A stretch of DNA of 64,000 bases, from contig CAWJSJ010000001.1 of NCBI GenBank assembly GCA_963845565.1, forward strand, positions 736,001 to 800,000. The letters run 5' to 3'. Within the stretch, counting starts at the first letter, position 1. The number at the start of each line of letters is the position of its first letter. The translations under genes and the position numbers were made by a program. The notes beneath the pieces are model-generated. The model was given only the letters and a program-made list of their open reading frames with translations, was not told the origin of the DNA and made no database searches. The stretch is from an uncultured Methylomirabilota bacterium. GTDB lineage: Bacteria > Methylomirabilota > Methylomirabilia > Methylomirabilales > 2-02-FULL-66-22. Positions 49,601 through 59,487 of the stretch are shown here, piece by piece.

Positions 49601-50776
49601 ATGACATCACCGACACCGGACCTCACAACAGTTGTGGAACGACTGGAGACGGTTGAGCGCCTTTTGCGCGCGGAGAAACGCCGCAACCGCTGGCTGCTGC
49701 TAGCGGTAGGGTTGGCCATCGTAGGGGTGGTCCTGGCCTGGACATTGGCCAACACCACAACGACCGCCCAGGCCCAGGGGGCGAAAGTGATTCGGGCGAA
49801 TCAGTTCGTTCTTGAGGACGAGACCGGCGAGACCCGCGCCATGCTGACGGTGGACAAGGCCGGGGCGGGATTGTTCCTGTCCGACGAGAATGGCAAGTTT
49901 CGCGTCCACCTGATCGCCGACCAAGAGAGGCCGGGGCTGATTCTGAGTGACGGAAACGACAACCCCCGCGTCGCGTTGGCCGTGGACAAGGACGGGCCGC
50001 GGCTGTGCCTGGATGACCAGAATGGCAAATGCCGCGCTGCGCTTCAAATGACCAAAGACGGGCCGAGCCTGCGCCTACTCGACGAGAACGAGAAGCACCG
50101 CGCCGGGCTGACGGTGGACAAGAACGGGCCGAGCCTGCGCCTGTTCGACGAGCATGACAAGCCTCGCGCCGGGCTGACGGTGGACAGAAATGGGCCGAGC
50201 CTGCGCCTACTCGACGAGAACGAGAAGCACCGCGTTGGGTTGGCCGTCAGCAAAGCCGGGCCGGGGCTGGCCTTGCTCGACGAGAACGGCAAATTCCGCG
50301 CGGCGCTGGACATGGACAAGAATGGGCCGAGCCTGCGCCTACTCGACGAGAACGAGAACCACCGCGTTGGGTTGGCCGTCAGCAAAGCCGGGCCGGGGCT
50401 GGCCCTAAACGACGAGAGCGGCAAGATCCGCGCCACACTGGACATGGTCAAAGATGGGCCGAGGCTTCGCCTACTCGACGAGAACGAGAACCACCGCGTT
50501 GGGTTGGCCGTCAGCAAAGCCGGGCCGGGGCTGGCCCTAAACGACGAGAGCGGCAAGATCCGCGCCACACTGGACATGGTCAAAGATGGGCCGAGGCTTC
50601 GCCTACTCGACGAGAACGAGAACCACCGCGTTGGGTTGGCCGTCAGCAAAGCCGGGCCGGGGCTGGCCTTGCTCGACGAGAACGGCAACGTCCGCGCCGG
50701 GCTGGCCGTGACCAAGGCCGGGCCGGGGCTAGCGATAAGCAACGAGAGCGGCAAGGTGATCTGGTCGCGACCATGA
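49601..50776 (+). CDS. Membrane-anchored/exported protein with about 15 tandem 22-aa repeats
   Basis: N-terminal coiled segment and TM/signal, then the consensus GPxLxLxDENGKxRxxLxVxKx. Confidence 0.85.
   Translation: MTSPTPDLTTVVERLETVERLLRAEKRRNRWLLLAVGLAIVGVVLAWTLANTTTTAQAQGAKVIRANQFVLEDETGETRAMLTVDKAGAGLFLSDENGKFRVHLIADQERPGLILSDGNDNPRVALAVDKDGPRLCLDDQNGKCRAALQMTKDGPSLRLLDENEKHRAGLTVDKNGPSLRLFDEHDKPRAGLTVDRNGPSLRLLDENEKHRVGLAVSKAGPGLALLDENGKFRAALDMDKNGPSLRLLDENENHRVGLAVSKAGPGLALNDESGKIRATLDMVKDGPRLRLLDENENHRVGLAVSKAGPGLALNDESGKIRATLDMVKDGPRLRLLDENENHRVGLAVSKAGPGLALLDENGNVRAGLAVTKAGPGLAISNESGKVIWSRP
50336..50668 (+). repeat. Exact 132-bp tandem repeat (about 2.5 copies) inside the repeat-protein gene
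   Basis: CGCCTACTCGACGAGAACGAGAACCACCGC recurs at 50336, 50468 and 50600. Confidence 0.9.
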
Positions 50777-50902
50777 CGCACCTGCCCTGGTCGAACGGGC
50801 AGTGATGTCGGTCGAAGCGGTCGGTGAGGAACGGTAAAGGTTTTTCTTGACGAGGATGTAAGGGCGAGTTGGTGGAGTGAATTGGGCTGGAAGGAGGCTA
50901 CC

Positions 50903-51241
50903 ATGATGAAGGGGCAGCGCAGTTGGTGGGTGCTTGCTGTGGTGGTGTTGGTTCTCTCGCCCTGGTCGGCTCAGGCGCAGGAGAGATCTGTCTTTTCGTC
51001 GCAAACACTGGAGAGGCCGGGTCCGCTATCGGAAGTCGTCGCAGCGGTGAATATCCCAACCGAGTGGGGAACACTCAAGAACGCACTCCCCCTCGCCGGA
51101 GATCCTCTCTACTACACTCTCTTCTTCGAGGATGCTGGCGGGAACATTCGGATCGTGCCGCTCTATCTGACATTGGGAGGCGGCACGTGGTCGTTATCCC
51201 TCAGACGGGACCCAGTGTTGCTTATTAAGCGAGGACCATGA
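50903..51241 (+). CDS. Small secreted hypothetical protein
   Basis: AAGGAGG RBS; signal peptide ending AQA. Confidence 0.65.
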   Translation: MMKGQRSWWVLAVVVLVLSPWSAQAQERSVFSSQTLERPGPLSEVVAAVNIPTEWGTLKNALPLAGDPLYYTLFFEDAGGNIRIVPLYLTLGGGTWSLSLRRDPVLLIKRGP

Positions 51242-51252
51242 CGCATCACCAA

Positions 51253-51590
51253 CGGCGCCAGATGGACCTCAACGCCTGTACCATCAGACTGGAGCCAGGC
51301 ACCACAGGAGGGACTCGACGGGCAGGCGCGCGCACGGCGCAAGGCCGCGTTGGTGCAGGCCGAGGCGAACGGCGAAGAGTCGGGCCTCCTCAGGATGCTG
51401 CGGCATGACTTCGGACGGACGGCCGTGCGGAACATGGTCAACCGCGGCGTGCCCGAACGGGTGGCCATGAAGATTACCGGACACAAGACGCGGGCCGTCC
51501 TCGACCGCTACCACATCGTCAGCCCGGGTGACCTCCAGGAGGCCGCCCGGAGGCTCACGGGCGCGTTTTCGGGCACGTTATCGGAAATCG
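51253..51590 (+). pseudogene. Tyrosine integrase relic next to the tRNA-Met 3' end
   Basis: RRQMDLNACTIRLEPGTT in one frame, then HDFGRTAVRNMV..GVPERVAMKITGHKT..V.DRY in another. Confidence 0.85.
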
Positions 51591-51624
51591 GCGAGTGGCC
51601 ACCGTCGGAACCCATTGATAGGAA

Positions 51625-51700
51625 TGGTGGCGGCGGGTGGATTCGAACCACCGACATAGGGCTTATGAGACCCCCGCTCTACCAACTGAGCTACGCCGCC
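51625..51700 (-). tRNA. tRNA-Met(CAT), probably elongator
   Basis: GGCGGCGTAGCTCAG...CTCATAA...TTCGAAT...CCA. G1-C72 is paired (not initiator) and C4/C5 typical of Ile2 are absent. Confidence 0.9.
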
Positions 51701-51843
51701 ACGGGAGAAGTTACGACACGTCACCGAAGGGTGGGCTCACTGCGGACCAGCGCATAATAAAGAAGCGTACCGACGGTGTCAAGCCCCGCCTTGCCTCGCG
51801 CGAGGACGCCGCGTCCGCCCGGCCAGCCCACCCCTCGGCTGGT

Positions 51844-52539
51844 TCAGCGAGATGGGGGCGGATTCGCGTTCTCCAGGCGACGTTGCGTCTCGTGTCGTTC
51901 GCGTTCGATATCCTTCGGCTCATAATACTGCGGCTGGTAGTTCCGGAGGCCATCCATCAGCCAAACCAATCCTGCCGCGGTCACTGCGATCACGCCCAGC
52001 GTCACTAACCAGAACAGCATCCGTCGCACCCGCTGCCGACGGCGGAACCGACGGACTTGCGGACTGACCATCCCGCGTCGGCCTGCCGGCGCGTCGAATC
52101 CGACCCCATGGGAGAACCAGGCGCCCTCTTGCGGCTTTACCCACCGGACCGTACCGGACCGTATCTCCGCACCGTCCACCGTCACCTGGACCCGACATCC
52201 CACCGGTGCTTCTGCTGGGAGTCGCACACACACACCGTCGGCACTTCGGTTCTCGGTCTCTCCGGTCAGGGTGATCGGCGGTTTCCCGGGCTGGTGGATC
52301 GTTGCCTTGGTCGCCGAGCGGAACTCCCAGCGCCGCGCGCGCACGTGAGTCGGCGTCTCGGCAACCGCTAGGCGGGTACGACGACGCGGGTCCCGGGGTG
52401 CCCACCGGAAGAATCTGGTTTGGCAGTGCTCGCAACGAAACGGAAGGATCCCAAACCAAGTCAAGGGACCGCGTTCGAGCCATCCCTGTCGATGGGCCGC
52501 ATAGGTGTCGGTTGTTTGACAGACCGGACATCCCCGCAT
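51844..52539 (-). CDS. Zn-ribbon + PilZ-like domain + TM protein
   Basis: CPVC..RCEHC..RF, then RARR and NRSADG (PilZ-like), GTVRWV..HGVGF, and a C-terminal TM. Confidence 0.65.
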   Translation of the reverse strand: MRGCPVCQTTDTYAAHRQGWLERGPLTWFGILPFRCEHCQTRFFRWAPRDPRRRTRLAVAETPTHVRARRWEFRSATKATIHQPGKPPITLTGETENRSADGVCVRLPAEAPVGCRVQVTVDGAEIRSGTVRWVKPQEGAWFSHGVGFDAPAGRRGMVSPQVRRFRRRQRVRRMLFWLVTLGVIAVTAAGLVWLMDGLRNYQPQYYEPKDIERERHETQRRLENANPPPSR

Positions 52540-52733
52540 GACGGCCCTGTGTAAACTCCCAGCCGGGGGATTCACAGAGCACAACGCTCGATCCGCCGGG
52601 TTGCCGCGGGCCTTTCTCGTAACGTCTCAAACTATACAGAAATGTGCGATGATGGCAAGGCGTTTTCTCGGCCTGTTCGCCATGCGCGATTCCACTACGG
52701 GGTTTTCGGGGGATTTGGTATAGTGCCGACCTC

Positions 52734-54011
52734 ATGTCAACGCGTGCCACCTCTCCATCCGTGCTTCCAGTGCAGCCGCGACCAGCAGATCTGGAAAAGG
52801 CGACCACCGAGCGCCTGATCTGGCTGGTTGGCCTCTCCCACGCCACGAATCACTTCGTGATGTTGATCTTTCCTGCGGTGCTGTTGCTCGTCCAGGCAGA
52901 GTTCGGCCTTGGTTACGCCGGCCTCGGGATGCTGGCGAGCGCGAGTTTCCTCTGTTACGGCCTCTTGGCGCTTCCGGCGGGAATACTGGCGGACCGCCTG
53001 GGTGGGGAGCGAGTACTGGCCGTCTGGCTGCTGGGTGGCAGCCTGGCATGCTGCGCGATTGGCCTCGCCACCGGTCCATGGACCTTGGGTGCCGGACTCG
53101 GCGTCCTCGGCCTCTTCGCAAGCCTACACCATCCGGCGGGCTCCGGAATCCTCGTCGGGTTGCGACAGCGACTGGGCGCCGACGTTGCCCGGGCATTCGG
53201 CCGTTCGGGGATCCTGGGCAATCTGGGCTTGGCGGGGTCCCCCATTCTGACGGCTGCTATCGGGGCCCGTTGGGGCTGGCGTGCCGCGTTCTTCGTGGGG
53301 GCCGTTCCGGGGATCGTGCTGTTTCTCCCCTTGTGGCGACAAGCCCTCCTGACCCCAATGGAACGACACGCCCCGGGCGACCGAACATCCCAGCGGACGG
53401 GTCCGAGGGGCACGGCGTTCACGGTCCCGTTGGTTCTACTCTTCGGCCTAGAAACACTGATGGGGTTCGTGTTCCAGGGGTTTTCTACCTTCTTGCCCGC
53501 ACACCTGGCGGGCCACGCGGGATTCGCCGCACTCACGGCCGCACAGGTGCGGCGGGGTGGTGCTTTCGCCAGCCTCGCCCTGCTGTTCGGTGGGCTCGGC
53601 CACCTCACGGCGGGGCGATTGATGCGGTATCGGCATCGTGAAGCGCTGTTCCTAGTCACGGTCACGACGAGCACCTGCTGCCTCGTCGGCATGGGGACCG
53701 TGGGCGGTGCGTCCCTGGTGCTATGCAGCGTTCTCTTTTCCTTCGCCTATTTCGCGCTGGGGACGATCAGCAACACCTTCATGGCACTCCACACCCCGCC
53801 GCGGCTGGGCGGCACTGTCTTTGGTATCACCTTTAGCCTGGCCTTTGGGTTCGGGTCGCTGGCGTCCAGCACGATGGGGATTCTCGCAGAACGATTCGGA
53901 CTGGCGGCGGTGTTCGTGGCGTTGGGGTTGGTGAGTGTCGGGGGGGTGGCCCTGGTGACCTGGTTTGGTGCGGTCACGACGGGCTGGCGCGGTCAGCGGC
54001 CCACAGACTGA
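52734..54011 (+). CDS. MFS transporter (FSR-like)
   Basis: SHATNH, GILADRLG, ASLHHPAG and about 12 TM segments. Confidence 0.85.
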   Translation: MSTRATSPSVLPVQPRPADLEKATTERLIWLVGLSHATNHFVMLIFPAVLLLVQAEFGLGYAGLGMLASASFLCYGLLALPAGILADRLGGERVLAVWLLGGSLACCAIGLATGPWTLGAGLGVLGLFASLHHPAGSGILVGLRQRLGADVARAFGRSGILGNLGLAGSPILTAAIGARWGWRAAFFVGAVPGIVLFLPLWRQALLTPMERHAPGDRTSQRTGPRGTAFTVPLVLLFGLETLMGFVFQGFSTFLPAHLAGHAGFAALTAAQVRRGGAFASLALLFGGLGHLTAGRLMRYRHREALFLVTVTTSTCCLVGMGTVGGASLVLCSVLFSFAYFALGTISNTFMALHTPPRLGGTVFGITFSLAFGFGSLASSTMGILAERFGLAAVFVALGLVSVGGVALVTWFGAVTTGWRGQRPTD

Positions 54012-54056
54012 GCGCAACTCCCGACCGAGGTCTTCGAGACGGTTCGCCGGCCCCGC

Positions 54057-54455
54057 TCAGTCCTGTGTCGCCCCCAGGCGAACCTCCGGGAGCTCCAAGT
54101 ACCACAGCAGGAACGCGGACCACGCCATGGCCACCAGCGTGAAGGCCAGGTACGGAAGGTTGAGGACCGTCGCGCTTCCCACCGTTTTCGTCGCATGCGC
54201 CCACAGCATCATGATGCGGCTGATGATGTTAAAGCCCTGCGCGAAGATCATGAGATGCCAAGGCCACACCGCGTGGCTGCGCCACACAAGCAGTTTGATG
54301 TCGGCAGTCACCACCATGATCGCGAGGAGCAGCGGTAGCCACCACTCCTGGGAGTTGGGCCGAAAGGAGTCCGGCGGAAACAGGAGCAGCGGAATCACTT
54401 GGAGGGTAAGGATCCCGACGATGGCACGACGAGTGGCGAGGGGACGATGTTGCAT
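54057..54455 (-). CDS. Hypothetical 4-TM membrane protein
   Basis: AGGAG RBS and four hydrophobic segments. Confidence 0.65.
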   Translation of the reverse strand: MQHRPLATRRAIVGILTLQVIPLLLFPPDSFRPNSQEWWLPLLLAIMVVTADIKLLVWRSHAVWPWHLMIFAQGFNIISRIMMLWAHATKTVGSATVLNLPYLAFTLVAMAWSAFLLWYLELPEVRLGATQD

Positions 54456-54872
54456 GATCGCAGATCTCCTTCCGACCCGTGATCCTATTATCCCGCACCC
54501 GGCCGGCGGGATCGGCCGAGCCTGACCGTCACCTTATATATGCTCTGCGCAGAGCCTGTCAAGTCGCTTGACATTTTGTCGGACCTTCGATATTAAAGAC
54601 CCGAGTTTTTGCCGGGAATGGCATTCGCTGCGTGATCGGAACATACCATCTCGATCGGGCATCGCACGATTTTCCTTCAGTCATGTGTGCTGTTGGATAC
54701 CAAGCCAGACAGGGTGTATCCGGCAACTGCTTTCAGAAAGGGGGGATTGCGCCTACGCGGATCGGCGACGAACGCTGAACAGGGATCGGGCCTCCCAGTT
54801 TCGGCTCTCGAGTTTGGCTCCGATGTTTCTATGGCCTTCCCTCAGAACTCTTTCGGCGGAGGAGATGTTGCA

Positions 54873-56024
54873 ATGCGCGCACTCAAACTAGCGAGTTTGC
54901 TCGGTCTCTCGGTAATGATCTTCGCAGCTTGCGGCGGCGGCGGAAGCGACACGACCAAGGTTGCCATCCTGGCCCCCTTGTCTGGACCGGTTCCGACGTT
55001 CGGCGTGATGACGCGGGATGGCGCCCTGTTGGCCATCGAGGAGTGGAATGCCAAGGGCGGCGTCTTGAATAAGAAAATTACCCCCGTGGTTGAAGACAGC
55101 CAGTGCACCCCGGATCCGGCCGTCAACGCGGCCAACAAGGTGATCGACCAGGACAAGGTGAAGTACATCATGGGTGAGGTATGCTCCAAGGCCTCCATCC
55201 CCGTGTCCGAGATCGCCAACGCCAAGAAAGTCGTCCAGATCAGCTCCACCTCCACCAATCCCGACGTGACCGTGGGCAAGGACGGGAAGGTGAAGGACTA
55301 CGTGTTCCGCGCCTGCTTCATCGATCCGTTCCAGGGGACGGTGGGCGCCAAGTTCGCTCTCGACACGCTGAAGGCCAAGAACGCCTTCATCATGCTGGAC
55401 CAGGCGAATGACTACGTGAAGGGGTTGGCTGAGTTCTTCGAGAAGGCCTACACCGCCGGCGGTGGCAAGATCGTCGGCAAGGAGACCTACACCGCGAAGG
55501 ACACGGATTTCAGCGCCATTCTGGCCAAGGTCGCTGCCGCCAAGCCGGACGTGGTCTATCTTCCTGACTATTATAACGTCGTCAACCTGGTGACCAAGCA
55601 AGCCAAGGAGAAGGGCATCAAGGCGGTGTTCATGGGCGGTGACGGTTGGGATTCGGCCGACCTGGACAAGAAGGCTGCCGAGGGTGGCTTCTTCACCAAC
55701 CACTACTCGCCGGAGGACAGCCGAGCCGAGGTGCAGAATTTCGTGAAGGCGTTCGGCGCGAAGTTCAAGGACGACAAGGGACAGCCGAAGGTTCCGGATG
55801 CCCTGGCGGCTCTTGCCTACGATGCGACCAACATGCTGCTCCAGGCCATCAAGGAGGCTGGTGCGGACGATACGGCCAAGGTGAAGGACGCCATGGCCAA
55901 GATCCAGTTCAACGGGGTGTCCGGCAAGATCACGCTGGATGCCAATCACAACCCCGTCAAGTCGGCCACCATCCTCGCCGTCAAGGACGGCAAGGTCCAG
56001 TTCAATTCCGTGGTGAATCCGTAA
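54873..56024 (+). CDS. Branched-chain amino acid ABC substrate-binding lipoprotein
   Basis: GGAGG RBS, lipobox FAAC, APLSG, FRACFIDPFQG and GGDGWDS. Confidence 0.9.
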   Translation: MRALKLASLLGLSVMIFAACGGGGSDTTKVAILAPLSGPVPTFGVMTRDGALLAIEEWNAKGGVLNKKITPVVEDSQCTPDPAVNAANKVIDQDKVKYIMGEVCSKASIPVSEIANAKKVVQISSTSTNPDVTVGKDGKVKDYVFRACFIDPFQGTVGAKFALDTLKAKNAFIMLDQANDYVKGLAEFFEKAYTAGGGKIVGKETYTAKDTDFSAILAKVAAAKPDVVYLPDYYNVVNLVTKQAKEKGIKAVFMGGDGWDSADLDKKAAEGGFFTNHYSPEDSRAEVQNFVKAFGAKFKDDKGQPKVPDALAALAYDATNMLLQAIKEAGADDTAKVKDAMAKIQFNGVSGKITLDANHNPVKSATILAVKDGKVQFNSVVNP

Positions 56025-56047
56025 GGATCACCGTCGGTGTCGCGTCC

Positions 56048-56079
56048 GCGTAGAGGGCGCCTCCGGGCGCCCTCTACGC
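56048..56079 (+). terminator. Perfect 14-bp hairpin after the SBP gene
   Basis: GCGTAGAGGGCGCC-TCCG-GGCGCCCTCTACGC. There is no U tract, so it is more likely a stabiliser. Confidence 0.6.
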
Positions 56080-56122
56080 ATGTGGTCCCTCGCGCGTTCT
56101 GGCACCTGGAGTTGAGATTCTT

Positions 56123-57247
56123 ATGCGCTCCAACACCGCTGCCCCCGCCGGCCCGATGGCCCGGAAACCTGGCTCGAGACTCGGCTGGATCGGGAAGAGC
56201 TTTCTGGGTCTCCTGGGCTTGCTGACCGCGTTCATTCTGGTCCGCAATCTGATTCACGACCCGAAGCTGTTCCTCCAGATCGTCATCAGCGGGCTCCAGC
56301 TCGGATTCGTGTACGCCCTGATCGCCCTTGGCTACACCATGGTGTATGGCATCGTGCGTTTGATCAACTTTGCGCACGGCGACGTATTCATGGTGGGCGC
56401 CTTCGTCAGCTTTTACGCGGTCACCAGATTCCAGCTCCATGTGTGGCCGGCAGCGGTGTTCCCCCAGTTCCCGGACGCACTGGTCGTCGTGATCGGGTCC
56501 CTGACGGTGATGTTCCTGTCCATGGTGGTGTGCATGACGCTGGCCATCACCATCGAGCGTGTGGCATACAAGCCGCTCCGCGACGCCCCGCGGATCGCCG
56601 CTCTCATCACCGCCATCGGCGTGTCGTTCTTCCTGGAGTTTTTTGGGGCGTTGAGCTTTGTCTTCTCGCCCCGGTTCATCCCCTACCAACGCCCCTTTGA
56701 AGTCGTGACGTGGTACATCAAAGACGGCGTGCATCTGGTGAGCGCGACGGACGCGCCACCCGATGGCAGCATCACGTTTTCGAACATCTTCCTTCTCATC
56801 GCGCTGGCGTCGGTCCTGACGCAGGTCTTTCTCCAGTTCCTCGTCCGGCGCACCAAGATCGGAAAGGCCATGCGGGCGGTGTCGTTCGACAAGTCGGCCG
56901 CCAGGCTGATGGGGATCAACGTGGACCAGGTGATCTCCTTCACCTTCGCCGTGGGGGCCGGCTTTGCGGGGCTGGGCGGCGTCCTGTACGCCATCGCGTA
57001 CTCCTCGATCTGGTCGCAACTCGGGATCTTGCCGGGCCTCAAAGCCTTCGTGGCCGCCGTCCTGGGTGGGATCGGCAGCATCCCGGGCGCCTTCGTGGGC
57101 GCCCTCATCATGGGTCAGGCGGAGGCGCTGACGATGGGGTACATCTCCACCCCCATGCGGGACGCGGTGGCGTTCACGATTCTCATCCTGGTCCTCCTGG
57201 TACGACCGACGGGCATCTTCGGCGAGCCCGAGAAAGAGAAGGCATAG
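56123..57247 (+). CDS. livH: Branched-chain amino acid ABC permease
   Basis: YALIALGYTMVYG..INFAHG and KAFVAAVLGGIG. Confidence 0.9.
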   Translation: MRSNTAAPAGPMARKPGSRLGWIGKSFLGLLGLLTAFILVRNLIHDPKLFLQIVISGLQLGFVYALIALGYTMVYGIVRLINFAHGDVFMVGAFVSFYAVTRFQLHVWPAAVFPQFPDALVVVIGSLTVMFLSMVVCMTLAITIERVAYKPLRDAPRIAALITAIGVSFFLEFFGALSFVFSPRFIPYQRPFEVVTWYIKDGVHLVSATDAPPDGSITFSNIFLLIALASVLTQVFLQFLVRRTKIGKAMRAVSFDKSAARLMGINVDQVISFTFAVGAGFAGLGGVLYAIAYSSIWSQLGILPGLKAFVAAVLGGIGSIPGAFVGALIMGQAEALTMGYISTPMRDAVAFTILILVLLVRPTGIFGEPEKEKA

Positions 57248-57256
57248 GGGCGGCCG

Positions 57257-58630
57257 ATGGACATCAACGTCGGATTCCTTCTGATCAGCATCGTCAAGAT
57301 CGCCGCTCTTGTGGCCTGGGTATACGGCCTCCTCTGGGGCCTGGGCCGCGACTCACTCTCGACGAAGTGCGTTGCCGTGGTGGCGGCCTTCGGTGTCATT
57401 CAGTTGGCCATTTCGGTCGCGCCGGGCGGCATCCAGATCTTCAGCGACTTTGACAGCGGGCTCCTCTTCCAGGCATGCACCATGGCCATGGTGGCCCTCG
57501 GGCTGAACCTGATCTACGGCTTCAACGGACAATTCAGTCTGGGACAGTGGGGCTTCTATGGCATCGGGGCGTATGCCGCGGCGGATATCACGTTCCGGTG
57601 GACCAACGGGGATGCGCGCGGCCTGCTGGTGGTGGGGATCGGCGTGATCCTGATCGGTTTGGTGATCCTGGGCGTGCGGCGATTCCTGCAGCAGTACACG
57701 GGCGTCCCGGTGATGTCCGCCTTCACCTTGTATCTCATCGGCACCGTCGCAGCAGGGGCGGTCGCCGTTGTCATCGGGGACCTCGGGCACACCGTGGTGG
57801 CGCCTCTGTTCGGAAGCCAGGGCGCGCCGGGCCCGCTGCATAGCCCATTGGTCCTTCAGGTTGTCTTCTGCCTTGCCGTGCTCTTGGCTGGTGTCGTCGC
57901 CGCCGAAGTCAGTTTCCTCTTCGGCCTGCCGGTCCTGTCCCTGGGTAGCGACTATTTCGGCATCGCGACCCTCGGCTTCACCATCGTCATCAACACCCTG
58001 ATGGTAAATTCGGACACCATCCTCCCCTTCCCGGAGATGAAGGGGGGGCGTGGCATGATCGGGATCCCGAAACTGACGACCTGGTTCTGGGCCTTCGTCT
58101 TCCTCCTTGGCGTGATCGTGGTGATGCGGAATCTGCTCCAATCCAGCACCGGCCGCGCCATCCTGTCGGTGCGCGAGGACGAGACCGCGGCCAAGGTCAT
58201 GGGGATCGATGTCGCCAACAACAAGCTGCTGGCGTTCGTGGTGGGCAGTCTCTTTGCCGGGATCGGCGGGGGCGTGTACGCCCACTTCATCGGGTTCCTG
58301 AGTCCGGGCACCTTCGATTTCCTGGTCGGATTCAACCCGCTGATCATCGTCGTTTTCGGCGGCCTCGGGAGCATGACCGGGACTCTTGCCGCGTCGTTCG
58401 GCTGGACGTTTTTCCTCGAAGGCCTCCTGCGGGTCATTCTGGGCCAACTGGGTACCGAGGCGCCGACGTGGCGGTTTGTCCTCTACCCCATCGCCCTGCT
58501 TCTGCTGATGCTGCTGCGCCCCCAAGGGCTGCTGGGGACGGTGGAATGGGGATTCCTGCGCGCCCCGTGGGTGCCGTCTCGGTTCCGGACGGACGGCAAC
58601 AAGGCGGCGTCCCCGCCGCCCGCCGCCTAA
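57257..58630 (+). CDS. livM: Branched-chain amino acid ABC permease
   Basis: GLNLIYGFNGQFSLG, DYFGIATLGF and GRAILSVREDE. Confidence 0.88.
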   Translation: MDINVGFLLISIVKIAALVAWVYGLLWGLGRDSLSTKCVAVVAAFGVIQLAISVAPGGIQIFSDFDSGLLFQACTMAMVALGLNLIYGFNGQFSLGQWGFYGIGAYAAADITFRWTNGDARGLLVVGIGVILIGLVILGVRRFLQQYTGVPVMSAFTLYLIGTVAAGAVAVVIGDLGHTVVAPLFGSQGAPGPLHSPLVLQVVFCLAVLLAGVVAAEVSFLFGLPVLSLGSDYFGIATLGFTIVINTLMVNSDTILPFPEMKGGRGMIGIPKLTTWFWAFVFLLGVIVVMRNLLQSSTGRAILSVREDETAAKVMGIDVANNKLLAFVVGSLFAGIGGGVYAHFIGFLSPGTFDFLVGFNPLIIVVFGGLGSMTGTLAASFGWTFFLEGLLRVILGQLGTEAPTWRFVLYPIALLLLMLLRPQGLLGTVEWGFLRAPWVPSRFRTDGNKAASPPPAA

Positions 58631-58683
58631 CCGAGGCGTTCCCGCGGGGGTGATTTCCCTTCGGGGATTTTTCTGGAGTCCGT

Positions 58684-59487
58684 ATGACTCTTTCAACGTC
58701 GGATGCGGCACCACCCACCCTCCAGATCGAGGGTCTGACCAAACGGTTCGGCGGCCTTCGCGCAGTGGGCAACCTTGATCTGAGCGTGCGTTGCGGCGAA
58801 CTGGCCGGCCTCATCGGGCCGAACGGAGCCGGAAAAACGACCGTCTTCAACATGATCTCAGGGCTCTACGTCCCTTCCGCCGGCGATATCCGTTTCCAGG
58901 GGGTGAGCACCCTCGGGATGGAGCCGTTCGAGATCACGCAACTCGGCATTGGTCGGACGTTTCAGAATATTCGCCTGTTTCCCAACCTGAGCGTCCTCGA
59001 CAACGTGCGCGTTGCGTATCATGCGCGCGTGGGCTATGGGATGGCGGACGCCATATTGCGCACCGCCGCCTTCGTCCGGGCGGAACGGGAGTTGACCGAG
59101 CAAGCCCAGGATTTCCTGGCGATCTTCAGGTTGGAGAAGATTCAAAACGAACAGGCCTCCAGTCTGCCCTACGGCGAGCAGCGCCGGGTAGAGATCGCGC
59201 GGGCGTTGGCCTCCAACCCCCGTCTCTTGCTGCTGGACGAGCCCGCCGCTGGGATGAATCCCGCCGAGATCGTGACCCTGATGGAGTTGATTCACTTCAT
59301 CCGTGACCGCTTTAACCTGACCATCCTCTTGATCGAGCACCAGATGCGGGTGGTGATGGGCATCTGCGAGCACATCACCGTGATGGACTTCGGTGAGGTG
59401 ATCGCCCGCGGCGCCCCCAAGGAGATTCAGAGCAACGCCAAGGTCATCGAGGCGTATCTGGGCAAGGGAGCCGCGCATGCTGCTTGA
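58684..59487 (+). CDS. livG: Branched-chain amino acid ABC ATPase
   Basis: GPNGAGKT, RTFQNIRLF and LPYGEQRR. Confidence 0.92.
   Translation: MTLSTSDAAPPTLQIEGLTKRFGGLRAVGNLDLSVRCGELAGLIGPNGAGKTTVFNMISGLYVPSAGDIRFQGVSTLGMEPFEITQLGIGRTFQNIRLFPNLSVLDNVRVAYHARVGYGMADAILRTAAFVRAERELTEQAQDFLAIFRLEKIQNEQASSLPYGEQRRVEIARALASNPRLLLLDEPAAGMNPAEIVTLMELIHFIRDRFNLTILLIEHQMRVVMGICEHITVMDFGEVIARGAPKEIQSNAKVIEAYLGKGAAHAA

Noticed and set aside
50060..50730. 66/132-bp repeats as a CRISPR array
   Set aside because: The repeats are contiguous, in frame and protein-coding, with no unique spacers.
51350..51757. 135-aa ORF as an intact integrase
   Set aside because: It covers only the C-terminal fragment, lacks the catalytic Arg and runs through the tRNA gene.
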